Positions 28,015 to 35,747 of a DNA stretch of 39,814 nucleotides are shown here, in pieces. Under the pieces are notes generated by a model. The model saw nothing but the letters and a program-made list of their open reading frames with translations. It did not search any database and was not told where the DNA came from. Source of the stretch: a virus (Duplodnaviria; Caudoviricetes); the IMG/VR virus record IMGVR_UViG_3300012267_000194, positions 1-39,814 of that record, one strand, 5' to 3'. Positions within the stretch are counted from its first letter, which is position 1; each line of letters opens with the position of its first letter. Position numbers and translations under genes: made by a program.

Positions 28015-29205
28015 GTTCTTCCCCATTTGTTCCCCGAGCTTTAACATATTGTTAAAGTTGTGTTCTAACACACTGTTCATATCTTCTAGCAGTGTGTTGA
28101 GATCATCCAATGGCATATCGTTAATAGATTCTATTATTTTATAGATCATTTCTAAGCGTTTGCTGTGATCAGTTATGCTGTCATACCCTTCGTCCCACCA
28201 CTTGCTAAATGTCTTAAACCCTAGTTCGCGCAAATGAGCTAGTGTTCCTACTGGGCCAACCATAATAAAAGGTCGTTTAACTAAAATTGGTTTCAGGGTT
28301 TTTTCTGACACGTTCGGCATGCTAGATGCAAATCTGGTTTCTGTCACAACGTTAACAAATGATGCGGCAATAGCCCCTGTATTATCTAACTGATTCTTGT
28401 GGGTCGGTGCTGTTATTTTGCCATTCTTGTCTGGCGCAGCATCCCATAATATGGGTGATTCGAGCAAGGATTTATTTCCTTTAACAATACGTTTGCTTAT
28501 AGGCCGCCCAAAATTCTTTAGTGGTATAGCCGGGTTCGTTATCAACTCTTTTGTTGTATATGAATCATTTAGACTAAAAGTGCCGTCAAAGTCTTTTATC
28601 AAGGACATAATAATAGTACGGTGCCAGTCTCGTCGTAGATTAAAGCACGATATTTTATGTTTAATAGGAATTTTCGATTCTATATATTTACGTTGCTTTC
28701 CTGAATTCTTGATGTCAATACAATCTAGAAAAAACCAATCAAAATAGTTTATTTCTAAGTTGTAATTTTCTCCCACTATGTCTGCGTTTTGTTCGCAATG
28801 ATATATTTTGTAGTTGCATTTAGTTTTGCTTATTATCGTAGAGATCATATCCAGTTCGAGTGACCTAACGCTTTTCTGATCGTAATCTAAAACGTAGGTT
28901 TCTAAATATGCAAATTGATGTTTCTTTGAATATAATCTAAAAACATCTTCGATAAAGAAGTAAACGTTTTTTATTCGGTTAACTTTTATAAACCTAATTA
29001 TGTCTTTTATGTTAGTTTTAGTACATCCAGAATATAACGTAACGATAGCAGTGCCGTCTGTTCTTTCAATCTTATTTGTTACTGTGTGGTATGAGGCAGA
29101 ACTACTCTTAGACCTTTTGTGTATAGGATGAAGACGAGTATAGCTAGTATAACCGGCTTGTACATATATCTTATCCTTGTGCATTATTTCAATACGTACA
29201 ATCAA
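28006..29205 (-). CDS. Putative GT-B-type glycosyltransferase-like protein (GT10/fucosyltransferase-like C-terminus)
   Basis: The C-terminal 'FVNVVTET...VSEKTLKPILVKRPFIMVG...LRELGFKTF..WWDEGYD' resembles the 'ENs...YxTEK' donor-binding region of GT10-like enzymes. The N-terminus is K-rich and AT-rich, and the start is uncertain. Confidence 0.5.
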   Translation of the reverse strand: MIVRIEIMHKDKIYVQAGYTSYTRLHPIHKRSKSSSASYHTVTNKIERTDGTAIVTLYSGCTKTNIKDIIRFIKVNRIKNVYFFIEDVFRLYSKKHQFAYLETYVLDYDQKSVRSLELDMISTIISKTKCNYKIYHCEQNADIVGENYNLEINYFDWFFLDCIDIKNSGKQRKYIESKIPIKHKISCFNLRRDWHRTIIMSLIKDFDGTFSLNDSYTTKELITNPAIPLKNFGRPISKRIVKGNKSLLESPILWDAAPDKNGKITAPTHKNQLDNTGAIAASFVNVVTETRFASSMPNVSEKTLKPILVKRPFIMVGPVGTLAHLRELGFKTFSKWWDEGYDSITDHSKRLEMIYKIIESINDMPLDDLNTLLEDMNSVLEHNFNNMLKLGEQMGKNLD

Positions 29206-29696
29206 TCTAAAACTCCTGTTATTTGTAAAGTGTATCTATCGTCCACTCCTATGTTCGAAGCAGCGTGAGGTGTGTCACTTTGCCAAAGAATGTAATCACC
29301 TGCTTTATAGTTACAAAATGCATGCCTGTTAATTTCAAAGTAGTGTCCACTTTGCCAATCTTCTAAGAAAACAATAGCTCTCCAAACGTCTTTATACTCA
29401 ACATCAAAGACTTGGCAATAACGACGATAGTGGTCAACATGCATAGGCATTATATCGCCGGTTACCATTTTGTAAAACACATATCCGCATTTGTTAAGTC
29501 CGATTTCAGCAGCAACGGCTCTCACCCAAACAGGCATCGGATTAGTACTGTCATACATCATGCCTGTAAAGTTTTGATGATTATAACCTTGGTCTTTCCA
29601 ATATATTAGTTCCTTGTCAGTAAGCGGTTGTCTGACGTACTCAAACTCTTTATAGCGGTTGTTCCAACGCGGTTTTACACTTCCTTTAATCCACAT
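29202..29696 (-). CDS. Fe(II)/2-oxoglutarate-dependent oxygenase (cupin/DSBH fold)
   Basis: HxD motif (MPMHVD), distal His (TPHAASN) and 2OG-binding Arg (DRYTLQITG). Confidence 0.8.
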   Translation of the reverse strand: MWIKGSVKPRWNNRYKEFEYVRQPLTDKELIYWKDQGYNHQNFTGMMYDSTNPMPVWVRAVAAEIGLNKCGYVFYKMVTGDIMPMHVDHYRRYCQVFDVEYKDVWRAIVFLEDWQSGHYFEINRHAFCNYKAGDYILWQSDTPHAASNIGVDDRYTLQITGVLD

Positions 29697-30651
29697 GTCT
29701 ATCTAAGTCCAAGGTTACACAATGAAATCCGCCGCCTAGGGTACGTTGATGACGCATAGGCAACATAGCACATTCTATGCCATGTTTTTCCAGCTCTTTT
29801 CTAAGCGAGTGTTGATTTTCTTCTAGCACTACAAGGCTCGGCGACACACTAAACAAGTTCATATTGATCCATTCGCTAGCGTTACAATATCCTGGATAAT
29901 AACCTATGTCAGTTGGTTCAGGACACCATATAGCATCCCAATGTCTAAAAGGCTTTGGGAGTTGAGATTTACTTTTAATTCTACTTGGGTTGAGCAACAT
30001 CAGCCCTTCGCGTAAAAAAGCAATAGTTGAGTCGATGTGCATATAGCTGTATATGCCTTCAAGTTCGTGTACATTTACATTGTCTAACATAGTTTCTAAC
30101 AGCAGAGCTCCTTGCCGGTTTCCGCTGTTTGACACAAGGTATAAAACATCGTCGTTTGCTCGTATTACGTTAGCAGCATCAAATGCTGGAGCAGTTTCAT
30201 TAAGGGCCAAGATGTCAGGGTTGCCTATGCACTCTGTGTTATAGAGCGCGTCCCAGTGTGGCTGGTTAAGGTTCTCGACATTTTGCAGATGCTGTTCAAA
30301 TGCTTTGTATTCGTTTATCCTAGCACGCAACGGCATGGGAGTTGCGATAGTCTTATCGCCGTGTATGAATACACTGTCTCTTGGACAATAGTTGTAATAG
30401 TTGCAATCTGTTCGCTCAGGCCGAACTACCTTAACACTTTCTTTCTCTAGGAAGCTGACAAATGTATCCAAGTCCTCGTTAGCTTCGTCAATGACTTGCT
30501 GGGGATAGTTCCCCACAGGTACTGAATCAAGGTCTGTGACATCAGCATAGTTTACGGTGCGCATACTCTTGTCTATTGTTGGGATTTTAGCGTAATCCGC
30601 AACGCCTACTACAACTTTTTTAAGTTGGCTCCACTCGTTTTTAGATGGCAT
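29686..30651 (-). CDS. Amidinotransferase (inosamine-phosphate/glycine amidinotransferase family, StrB1-like)
   Basis: Family motifs 'NEWSQLKKVVVG', 'YCPRD', 'FDAAN', 'HIDST' and 'LGGGFHCVTLDL', which supply the catalytic Cys-His-Asp set. Confidence 0.9.
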   Translation of the reverse strand: MPSKNEWSQLKKVVVGVADYAKIPTIDKSMRTVNYADVTDLDSVPVGNYPQQVIDEANEDLDTFVSFLEKESVKVVRPERTDCNYYNYCPRDSVFIHGDKTIATPMPLRARINEYKAFEQHLQNVENLNQPHWDALYNTECIGNPDILALNETAPAFDAANVIRANDDVLYLVSNSGNRQGALLLETMLDNVNVHELEGIYSYMHIDSTIAFLREGLMLLNPSRIKSKSQLPKPFRHWDAIWCPEPTDIGYYPGYCNASEWINMNLFSVSPSLVVLEENQHSLRKELEKHGIECAMLPMRHQRTLGGGFHCVTLDLDRHVD

Positions 30652-31244
30652 TTGTTTCCTATTTTAAAAATACTATTAGTTGATAAGTCTGGGTAGTCTT
30701 GCCAACTCCATTGCTTCGACGGGCTTGCTATCGCAGAAGGCAATCGATCGATTCCTTGTTGTGCAGTTTCTGGAGTCATATAGTAATGATATCCAATAGA
30801 TTTTATGTCTTGATTGGCCCACGGAATATCTGGCAATCTCCCATCATAACTCATTTTCTTTAGTTCGACGTAATCTTCTAGGTTTTCACATAGAATTGCT
30901 CCACCTCGACCAAGAGATAAGTGCTTTTTGAATTGAAAACTCAAACACATAAAAGAACTTGGCACATAGCCGTTTCTTCTCCAGTATACAGCAGCGTCGA
31001 TTATTTTGCTGTTGAGATAGTAGTAATCTTGCCAAGGTCGTTCGTTCCACTGCCAATATATTCCTAGTTTCTCAGCAGTAAATGGGATTGAAATATAAGT
31101 GTGTTTTGGGATAAAAACAAATCTAGTGTCGAGATATCGCAACGATAGTTCGATTGCGTGAGTGCAGCAATCGGTAGCAACAGCATACGGCGCCCCGTAA
31201 AATTTTGCGATTTCTTTCTCAAACTCTTCGACCTTGTTAAACAT
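30609..31244 (-). CDS. DegT/DnrJ/EryC1/StrS-family PLP aminotransferase, unusually short (~211 aa)
   Basis: Motifs 'VEEFEKEIAKFYGAPYAVATDCCTHAIEL', 'IIDAA' (PLP Asp), 'CLSFQFKKHL..GRGGAI' (Schiff-base Lys) and 'GYHYYM'. The start is the ATG at 31244 or the TTG at 31247. Confidence 0.85.
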   Translation of the reverse strand: MFNKVEEFEKEIAKFYGAPYAVATDCCTHAIELSLRYLDTRFVFIPKHTYISIPFTAEKLGIYWQWNERPWQDYYYLNSKIIDAAVYWRRNGYVPSSFMCLSFQFKKHLSLGRGGAILCENLEDYVELKKMSYDGRLPDIPWANQDIKSIGYHYYMTPETAQQGIDRLPSAIASPSKQWSWQDYPDLSTNSIFKIGNKCHLKTSGANLKKL

Positions 31245-31248
31245 CAAG

Positions 31249-31256
31249 TATTTATT
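31249..31256 (-). promoter_or_regulatory. Putative late promoter (AATAAATA) for the minus-strand cassette
   Basis: The minus strand reads GAATAAATAC-TTG-ATG. This is the same GAATAAATAC seen at 15943-15952 on the plus strand. Confidence 0.5.
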
Positions 31257-31290
31257 CTGCCAGACCTTGGCTTTCCCCTCACAATGATTG

Positions 31291-31298
31291 AATAAGTA
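31291..31298 (+). promoter_or_regulatory. Possible late-promoter variant (AATAAGTA) upstream of the NDP-sugar dehydrogenase
   Basis: TAAGTA variant 24 nt before the ATG at 31323, the same spacing as other boxes (about 25 nt), with an AGGAGA RBS in between. Confidence 0.4.
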
Positions 31299-31322
31299 TT
31301 TTTAACAGAACTAGGAGAAATA

Positions 31323-32540
31323 ATGGACATAGGCTTTATTGGTGTGGGCAAGCTCGGCATGCCCTGTGCAGAAGCAATTGCAGCAAAAGGGCATTCGGTT
31401 ACAGGATATGATATTGCTAAGGTCTGTAGTGATACTGTAGATGTCGTAGACACTATAGGCGAATGTGTTGTAGGCAAGGATGTAGTATTTGTAGCAGTGC
31501 CTACCCCGCATGATCTCGAGTACGACGGTAATGCACCTTCGAGCCATCTACCACCTAAAGACTTTAGCTATACAATTGTCAAGGAAGTCTTGGAAGAAGC
31601 TAACAAGTACATGAATAAAGATCAGCTTCTTGTGCTTGTATCAACTGTGCTTCCTGGTACTACGCGAGACCAATTTGTTGACTTAGTAGGTAATACTCGT
31701 TTTGTGTATAATCCTTACCTTATTGCCATGGGCAGTGTAAGTTGGGACATGGTGAATCCAGAGATGATTATGATTGGTACAGAAGACGGCGAGGAAACAG
31801 GTGACGCAAAACAGCTGGTCGATTTTTATAAGACTGTAATGGACAACGATCCTCGCTACGTTGTTGGTACCTGGGACGAATGTGAATGTATCAAAGTGTT
31901 TTACAATACCTTTATCTCTACAAAGATTGGTCTTGTTAATATGATACAAGATGTTGCAGTAAAACAAGGCAACATCGATGTAGACGTAGTAACTCAAGCA
32001 CTTGCGAATTCTAGTATGCGTATTATGAGCCCACAGTATATGACAGCAGGCATGGGTGACGGTGGTGGCTGCCATCCCCGCGATAATATTGCCTTAAGTT
32101 ATCTTGCTGAAAAGTTAGATTTAGGGTATGACTTGTTTTCCTCGGTGATGACAGCCAGAGAAGTACAAGCAAAAAATCTAGCAGAAGAACTAGTCAAGCA
32201 TGCAGCGCTCAATAACATGCCGATCTATATTCACGGCAAAGCATACAAGCCAAGAGTTCCTTATCTAGACGGTAGTTACAGTTTGCTAGTAGGGCACTAT
32301 TGTGAGCAAGCAGGACATTCGCCCACATACATTGATCCGTACACCGGCGATGACTTCCAACCAACTGCTCCGGGGGTATTTTTAATGGCACACTCTGCAG
32401 AGGTTACATACGAATACACAGGCATGACAGCTAGAGACGAATTGTATTGCTCGATCCCGCCTTTCAGTGTTATAATAGACCCATGGCGTAAGATGTCTTC
32501 TAGCGTAAGCACAGTTATACATTATGGAAACACGAGGTAA
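31323..32540 (+). CDS. ugd: UDP-glucose/GDP-mannose 6-dehydrogenase family protein
   Basis: Rossmann motif GFIGVGKLG, 'FVAVPTP', 'STVLPGT', 'KVFYNTFISTKI', catalytic 'GGGCHPRD' and 'GKAYKP'. The exact NDP-sugar substrate cannot be determined from sequence. Confidence 0.88.
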   Translation: MDIGFIGVGKLGMPCAEAIAAKGHSVTGYDIAKVCSDTVDVVDTIGECVVGKDVVFVAVPTPHDLEYDGNAPSSHLPPKDFSYTIVKEVLEEANKYMNKDQLLVLVSTVLPGTTRDQFVDLVGNTRFVYNPYLIAMGSVSWDMVNPEMIMIGTEDGEETGDAKQLVDFYKTVMDNDPRYVVGTWDECECIKVFYNTFISTKIGLVNMIQDVAVKQGNIDVDVVTQALANSSMRIMSPQYMTAGMGDGGGCHPRDNIALSYLAEKLDLGYDLFSSVMTAREVQAKNLAEELVKHAALNNMPIYIHGKAYKPRVPYLDGSYSLLVGHYCEQAGHSPTYIDPYTGDDFQPTAPGVFLMAHSAEVTYEYTGMTARDELYCSIPPFSVIIDPWRKMSSSVSTVIHYGNTR

Positions 32541-34169
32541 ATGATTTACGATATTATCTACATAGGCGAAGATAGCAGCGAGTGGAGAATTCTTAAATCA
32601 AGATTTCCAACAGCTAAAAAAGCCAGCTCGCTTGAAAAAGCACAAAAGATGACTTTTACAAAAATGTTTTGGGTAGTGACTCCTGACGTCATTGTGTGTG
32701 ATGATTTTGATTTTTCTTTTGAGCCTGACGAATGGAGTAAAGAGTATACTCACGTATTTAAGAACGGTGAGTACTATGACGGAATTATTCTGTGCAACAA
32801 ACGTGCCAACATTTCTAAGAAAGAGTTCGAGTACCGTTTTTATAGAAACAAGAAAGAAATCGACATTCAAGCAAGTATACCAAAACCCTATGAGATCTTT
32901 ACCGTAGACTCGTACGAGGATTACTGCGAAGCGTATGAAAACAGTTCGACTAGTATGTTTTGGATGGTACCTAGTGATGTCGAAGTTGTAAGTGATTTTG
33001 ACTTCTCATATAGAGTTGCTAAATGGGACGAACAGTTTCATCTTGTATTCAAGAACGGAAATTATTACGACGGTGTAGTACTTTGTACCAAACAGTCCAA
33101 ACTTTCTAAGAACGAAATTGATTATAGATTTTATAGAAACAAGAAAGAAATCGACATTCAAGCAAGTATGCCAAAGCCCTATGATATTTTTTATGCTGAC
33201 GGGTATGACGACTATAAACGTGCACTTGAGAAGTCCAAGACGGATATGTTCTGGATAATCTGGCCGGGAATTAAAGTTAACGATGACTTCGACTTTAACT
33301 GGTATTTTTCGCATCACAATAGTTACGACAGAAAACAAAATCATGCATTTAAGAACGGCAAGTACTTCGACGGTATAGTACTTGCTAGCAAGCATGCACC
33401 AATAACCCGCCGAGAAGTTGAATTTCGTTTTGTAATAAACAGAAAAGAAGTTGACTACTGTGCAAGCATGCCGAAGCCGTATGATATTGTGTTCATAAGC
33501 TATAAGGAACCAAACGCAGAAAAGAATTACCATGCGTTGTTAGAAAGGTTTCCTCGAACAAAACGTGTACACAACGTTAAAGGCATACACAATGCCCATA
33601 TCAAAGCAGCAGGGATTGTCGATACTGATATGTTCTGGGTAGTAGACGGCGACGCCGAGATTGAAAAAGATTTCAATTTTGATTACCAAGTAGCTCATTG
33701 GGATAAAGACTGTGTACACGTATGGCGCAGCAAAAATCCTGTAAATGACTTGACTTACGGCTACGGAGGTGTTAAACTATTACCCACAGAGCTGACAAAG
33801 AATGTTGATATTAATTCAACAGACATGACAACCAGCATAAGTTACAAGTTTAAAGCAGTACCGGAGGTGTCAAATGTAACCGCGTTCGATACAGACCCGT
33901 TTTCAACATGGCGCAGTGCTTTTAGAGAGTGTGCCAAACTAGCAAGCAGCGTAATACGAGGACAGATAGATGACGAAACAAAAGAAAGGCTTGACAAATG
34001 GTGTAACTCCGATGAACGCCGTTCGAGTCAAGGGTCCTATGCAAGACGAGGCGCTATACACGGTCGTGAATTTGGGCTTTCTATTGAGTCTAGCGTTCAG
34101 TTGGGCAAGATAAACGACTTCGAGTGGCTGTACGAAAGATTTTTAGAGGAGAACAAAACTAGCGAATGA
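32541..34169 (+). CDS. Glycosyltransferase-like protein: three degenerate tandem repeats plus a C-terminal GT-A domain
   Basis: The C-terminal domain (33480-34169) has 'DIVFISYKEPNAEKNY' and 'MFWVVDGDA' (DxD). Three upstream ~97-114-aa repeats each contain MFW..., 'H.FKNG.Y+DG' and end in 'AS.PKP'. Confidence 0.72.
   Translation: MIYDIIYIGEDSSEWRILKSRFPTAKKASSLEKAQKMTFTKMFWVVTPDVIVCDDFDFSFEPDEWSKEYTHVFKNGEYYDGIILCNKRANISKKEFEYRFYRNKKEIDIQASIPKPYEIFTVDSYEDYCEAYENSSTSMFWMVPSDVEVVSDFDFSYRVAKWDEQFHLVFKNGNYYDGVVLCTKQSKLSKNEIDYRFYRNKKEIDIQASMPKPYDIFYADGYDDYKRALEKSKTDMFWIIWPGIKVNDDFDFNWYFSHHNSYDRKQNHAFKNGKYFDGIVLASKHAPITRREVEFRFVINRKEVDYCASMPKPYDIVFISYKEPNAEKNYHALLERFPRTKRVHNVKGIHNAHIKAAGIVDTDMFWVVDGDAEIEKDFNFDYQVAHWDKDCVHVWRSKNPVNDLTYGYGGVKLLPTELTKNVDINSTDMTTSISYKFKAVPEVSNVTAFDTDPFSTWRSAFRECAKLASSVIRGQIDDETKERLDKWCNSDERRSSQGSYARRGAIHGREFGLSIESSVQLGKINDFEWLYERFLEENKTSE
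32838..33169 (+). repeat. 41-bp exact direct repeat (32838-32878 and 33129-33169), 291 bp apart
   Basis: TTTTATAGAAACAAGAAAGAAATCGACATTCAAGCAAGTAT occurs twice. The match extends about 15 more nt with 2 mismatches. Confidence 0.9.
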
Positions 34170-35215
34170 GCTATCAAGACATTCCATTTGAGGATATTAC
34201 GAGCTTAGGTCAGCAAACACTATTAGATACAAACCTTTTTACAGTGTCGTGGATATTAGCCCGATTCTGTAATTATGCTTGTTCCTACTGCTGGCCTTAT
34301 GCTCGTACAAGCATTCCGGATCACCGTCCTTTAGAAGTCTACAAACAAACTATAGACGAAATCAAAAGTCAAGCAAGAGCCAACGGTTTTACAGATTTTC
34401 ACTTCTCTTTCTCAGGCGGCGAGCCCACAGCATACAAACACTTCGGCGAACTCGTAGAACACTATGCAGATGATAACAATCCGGGTTATCAAAGTATTCA
34501 CATGACTACAAACATGTCGCCGGGCAGCAAATGGTGGAAGAAATGGCTGGCCGTTACTGATACGTTAGACAGGCGCAGTATCACAGCCAGCTTTCACGGA
34601 GAGTTTGCCAACGAGCAAGAGTTTGGTGACAAGTGTTTGCAGCTACAGCGAGCAGGTGTGTACGTCACAATTAATCAGGTAATGGTTCCGGATTTATTTG
34701 ACGAATACTACTCGAGGTGCAAACGTTTTGCAGATAGAGGCATAAACGTCACGTTAAAGCCTCAGAGCGACCCTACAGCAAGTTTTGTTGTGTCGGGCTA
34801 CTCAGAGTCCCAGCGAGAGTTACTTCAAATTGGATTTCCACAAAAATACGAAGGCGAGGCTCTGCCGCAAGTTAGACTAGAAGACAGCCAGGGCAATAAA
34901 TATTACATTGACCAAGCAGAGCGGTTTAACGCATTTGGGTTTAACAAGTTCCAGGGTTGGGATTGTAACGCAGGATACCAGAGCTGTATAATCAGAGAGC
35001 CCGGCGGCGAAGTCAAGCGTTCGTATAGCTGTCACGATCAACCACTAGGAACTATTGACAACGGCTTTACGCTGTTTCCTAGTGCACAGCCTTGTATAAC
35101 ACCGACGTGTGTAAGTTCAGCAGATTCAAAAATACCCAAGGTAAAGAATGAAAGTAGAAATAGCAGACGTATTGTTCTGGATGGACGCGATCAGGAACTC
35201 AGAGGACCGATATAG
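34166..35215 (+). CDS. Radical SAM enzyme with C-terminal Cys cluster
   Basis: CNYACSYC and 'FSGGEPT' motifs. C-terminal C..AG...YSC...PC...TC could ligate an auxiliary cluster. Confidence 0.9.
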   Translation: MSYQDIPFEDITSLGQQTLLDTNLFTVSWILARFCNYACSYCWPYARTSIPDHRPLEVYKQTIDEIKSQARANGFTDFHFSFSGGEPTAYKHFGELVEHYADDNNPGYQSIHMTTNMSPGSKWWKKWLAVTDTLDRRSITASFHGEFANEQEFGDKCLQLQRAGVYVTINQVMVPDLFDEYYSRCKRFADRGINVTLKPQSDPTASFVVSGYSESQRELLQIGFPQKYEGEALPQVRLEDSQGNKYYIDQAERFNAFGFNKFQGWDCNAGYQSCIIREPGGEVKRSYSCHDQPLGTIDNGFTLFPSAQPCITPTCVSSADSKIPKVKNESRNSRRIVLDGRDQELRGPI

Positions 35216-35747
35216 GACTCTTGAAAGTTTTTGGAAGGGACAAGTAAGATCTAAGGTCTGGTTAGTAGAACATCTCGAAAAGATGCTATGGCCGCCTGCT
35301 GATATTGTTATACACGGAGGATGGAACGGGGTATTAGCTAGCCTGCTATTTAATAGTGAAATAGACATCAAGCGTATTAAATCGTTTGACATAGATCCTG
35401 AGTGCGAGGAAATAGCCCGCACAGTAAATATGCGGCAACACATACAAGGAAAGTTTGAAGCAGTCACATGTGATTCATTGATAGAACGGTATAACGCTAA
35501 CCTTGTTATCAATACAATCTGCGAACATTTGACACAAGAAGAATACGAACGATGGCTAACGTTAACACCGCGCGGTGCACTTATAGTATTACAGAGCAAT
35601 GACTTCTTCGACTGTGGCGAACATGTTCGTTGCGCAAAAGATTTGAAAGAATTCGAAAAACAGTCAGGACTGAAGATAGTCTACAGTGACGAGTTAGAAA
35701 CTCAAAAGTACACAAGATTTATGATAATTGGATTTAGAGATGTTTAA
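35148..35747 (+). CDS. Class I SAM-dependent methyltransferase-like protein
   Basis: Motif-I-like 'IVIHGGWNG', acidic motif 'SFDIDP', 'LVINTICEH', and a terminal 'RFMIIG' strand. Confidence 0.65.
   Translation: MKVEIADVLFWMDAIRNSEDRYRTLESFWKGQVRSKVWLVEHLEKMLWPPADIVIHGGWNGVLASLLFNSEIDIKRIKSFDIDPECEEIARTVNMRQHIQGKFEAVTCDSLIERYNANLVINTICEHLTQEEYERWLTLTPRGALIVLQSNDFFDCGEHVRCAKDLKEFEKQSGLKIVYSDELETQKYTRFMIIGFRDV

Noticed and set aside
32838-33169. Direct repeat considered as a CRISPR array or a DGR template/variable repeat
   Set aside because: There are only two copies, 291 bp apart and in frame within a coding repeat. No cas or reverse transcriptase gene is present in the window.
33006-33533. 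175-aa hydrophobic antisense ORF (similar cases at 35126-35599 and 31683-32075)
   Set aside because: Antisense to clear enzyme genes. The hydrophobicity reflects the reverse complement of A-rich codons.
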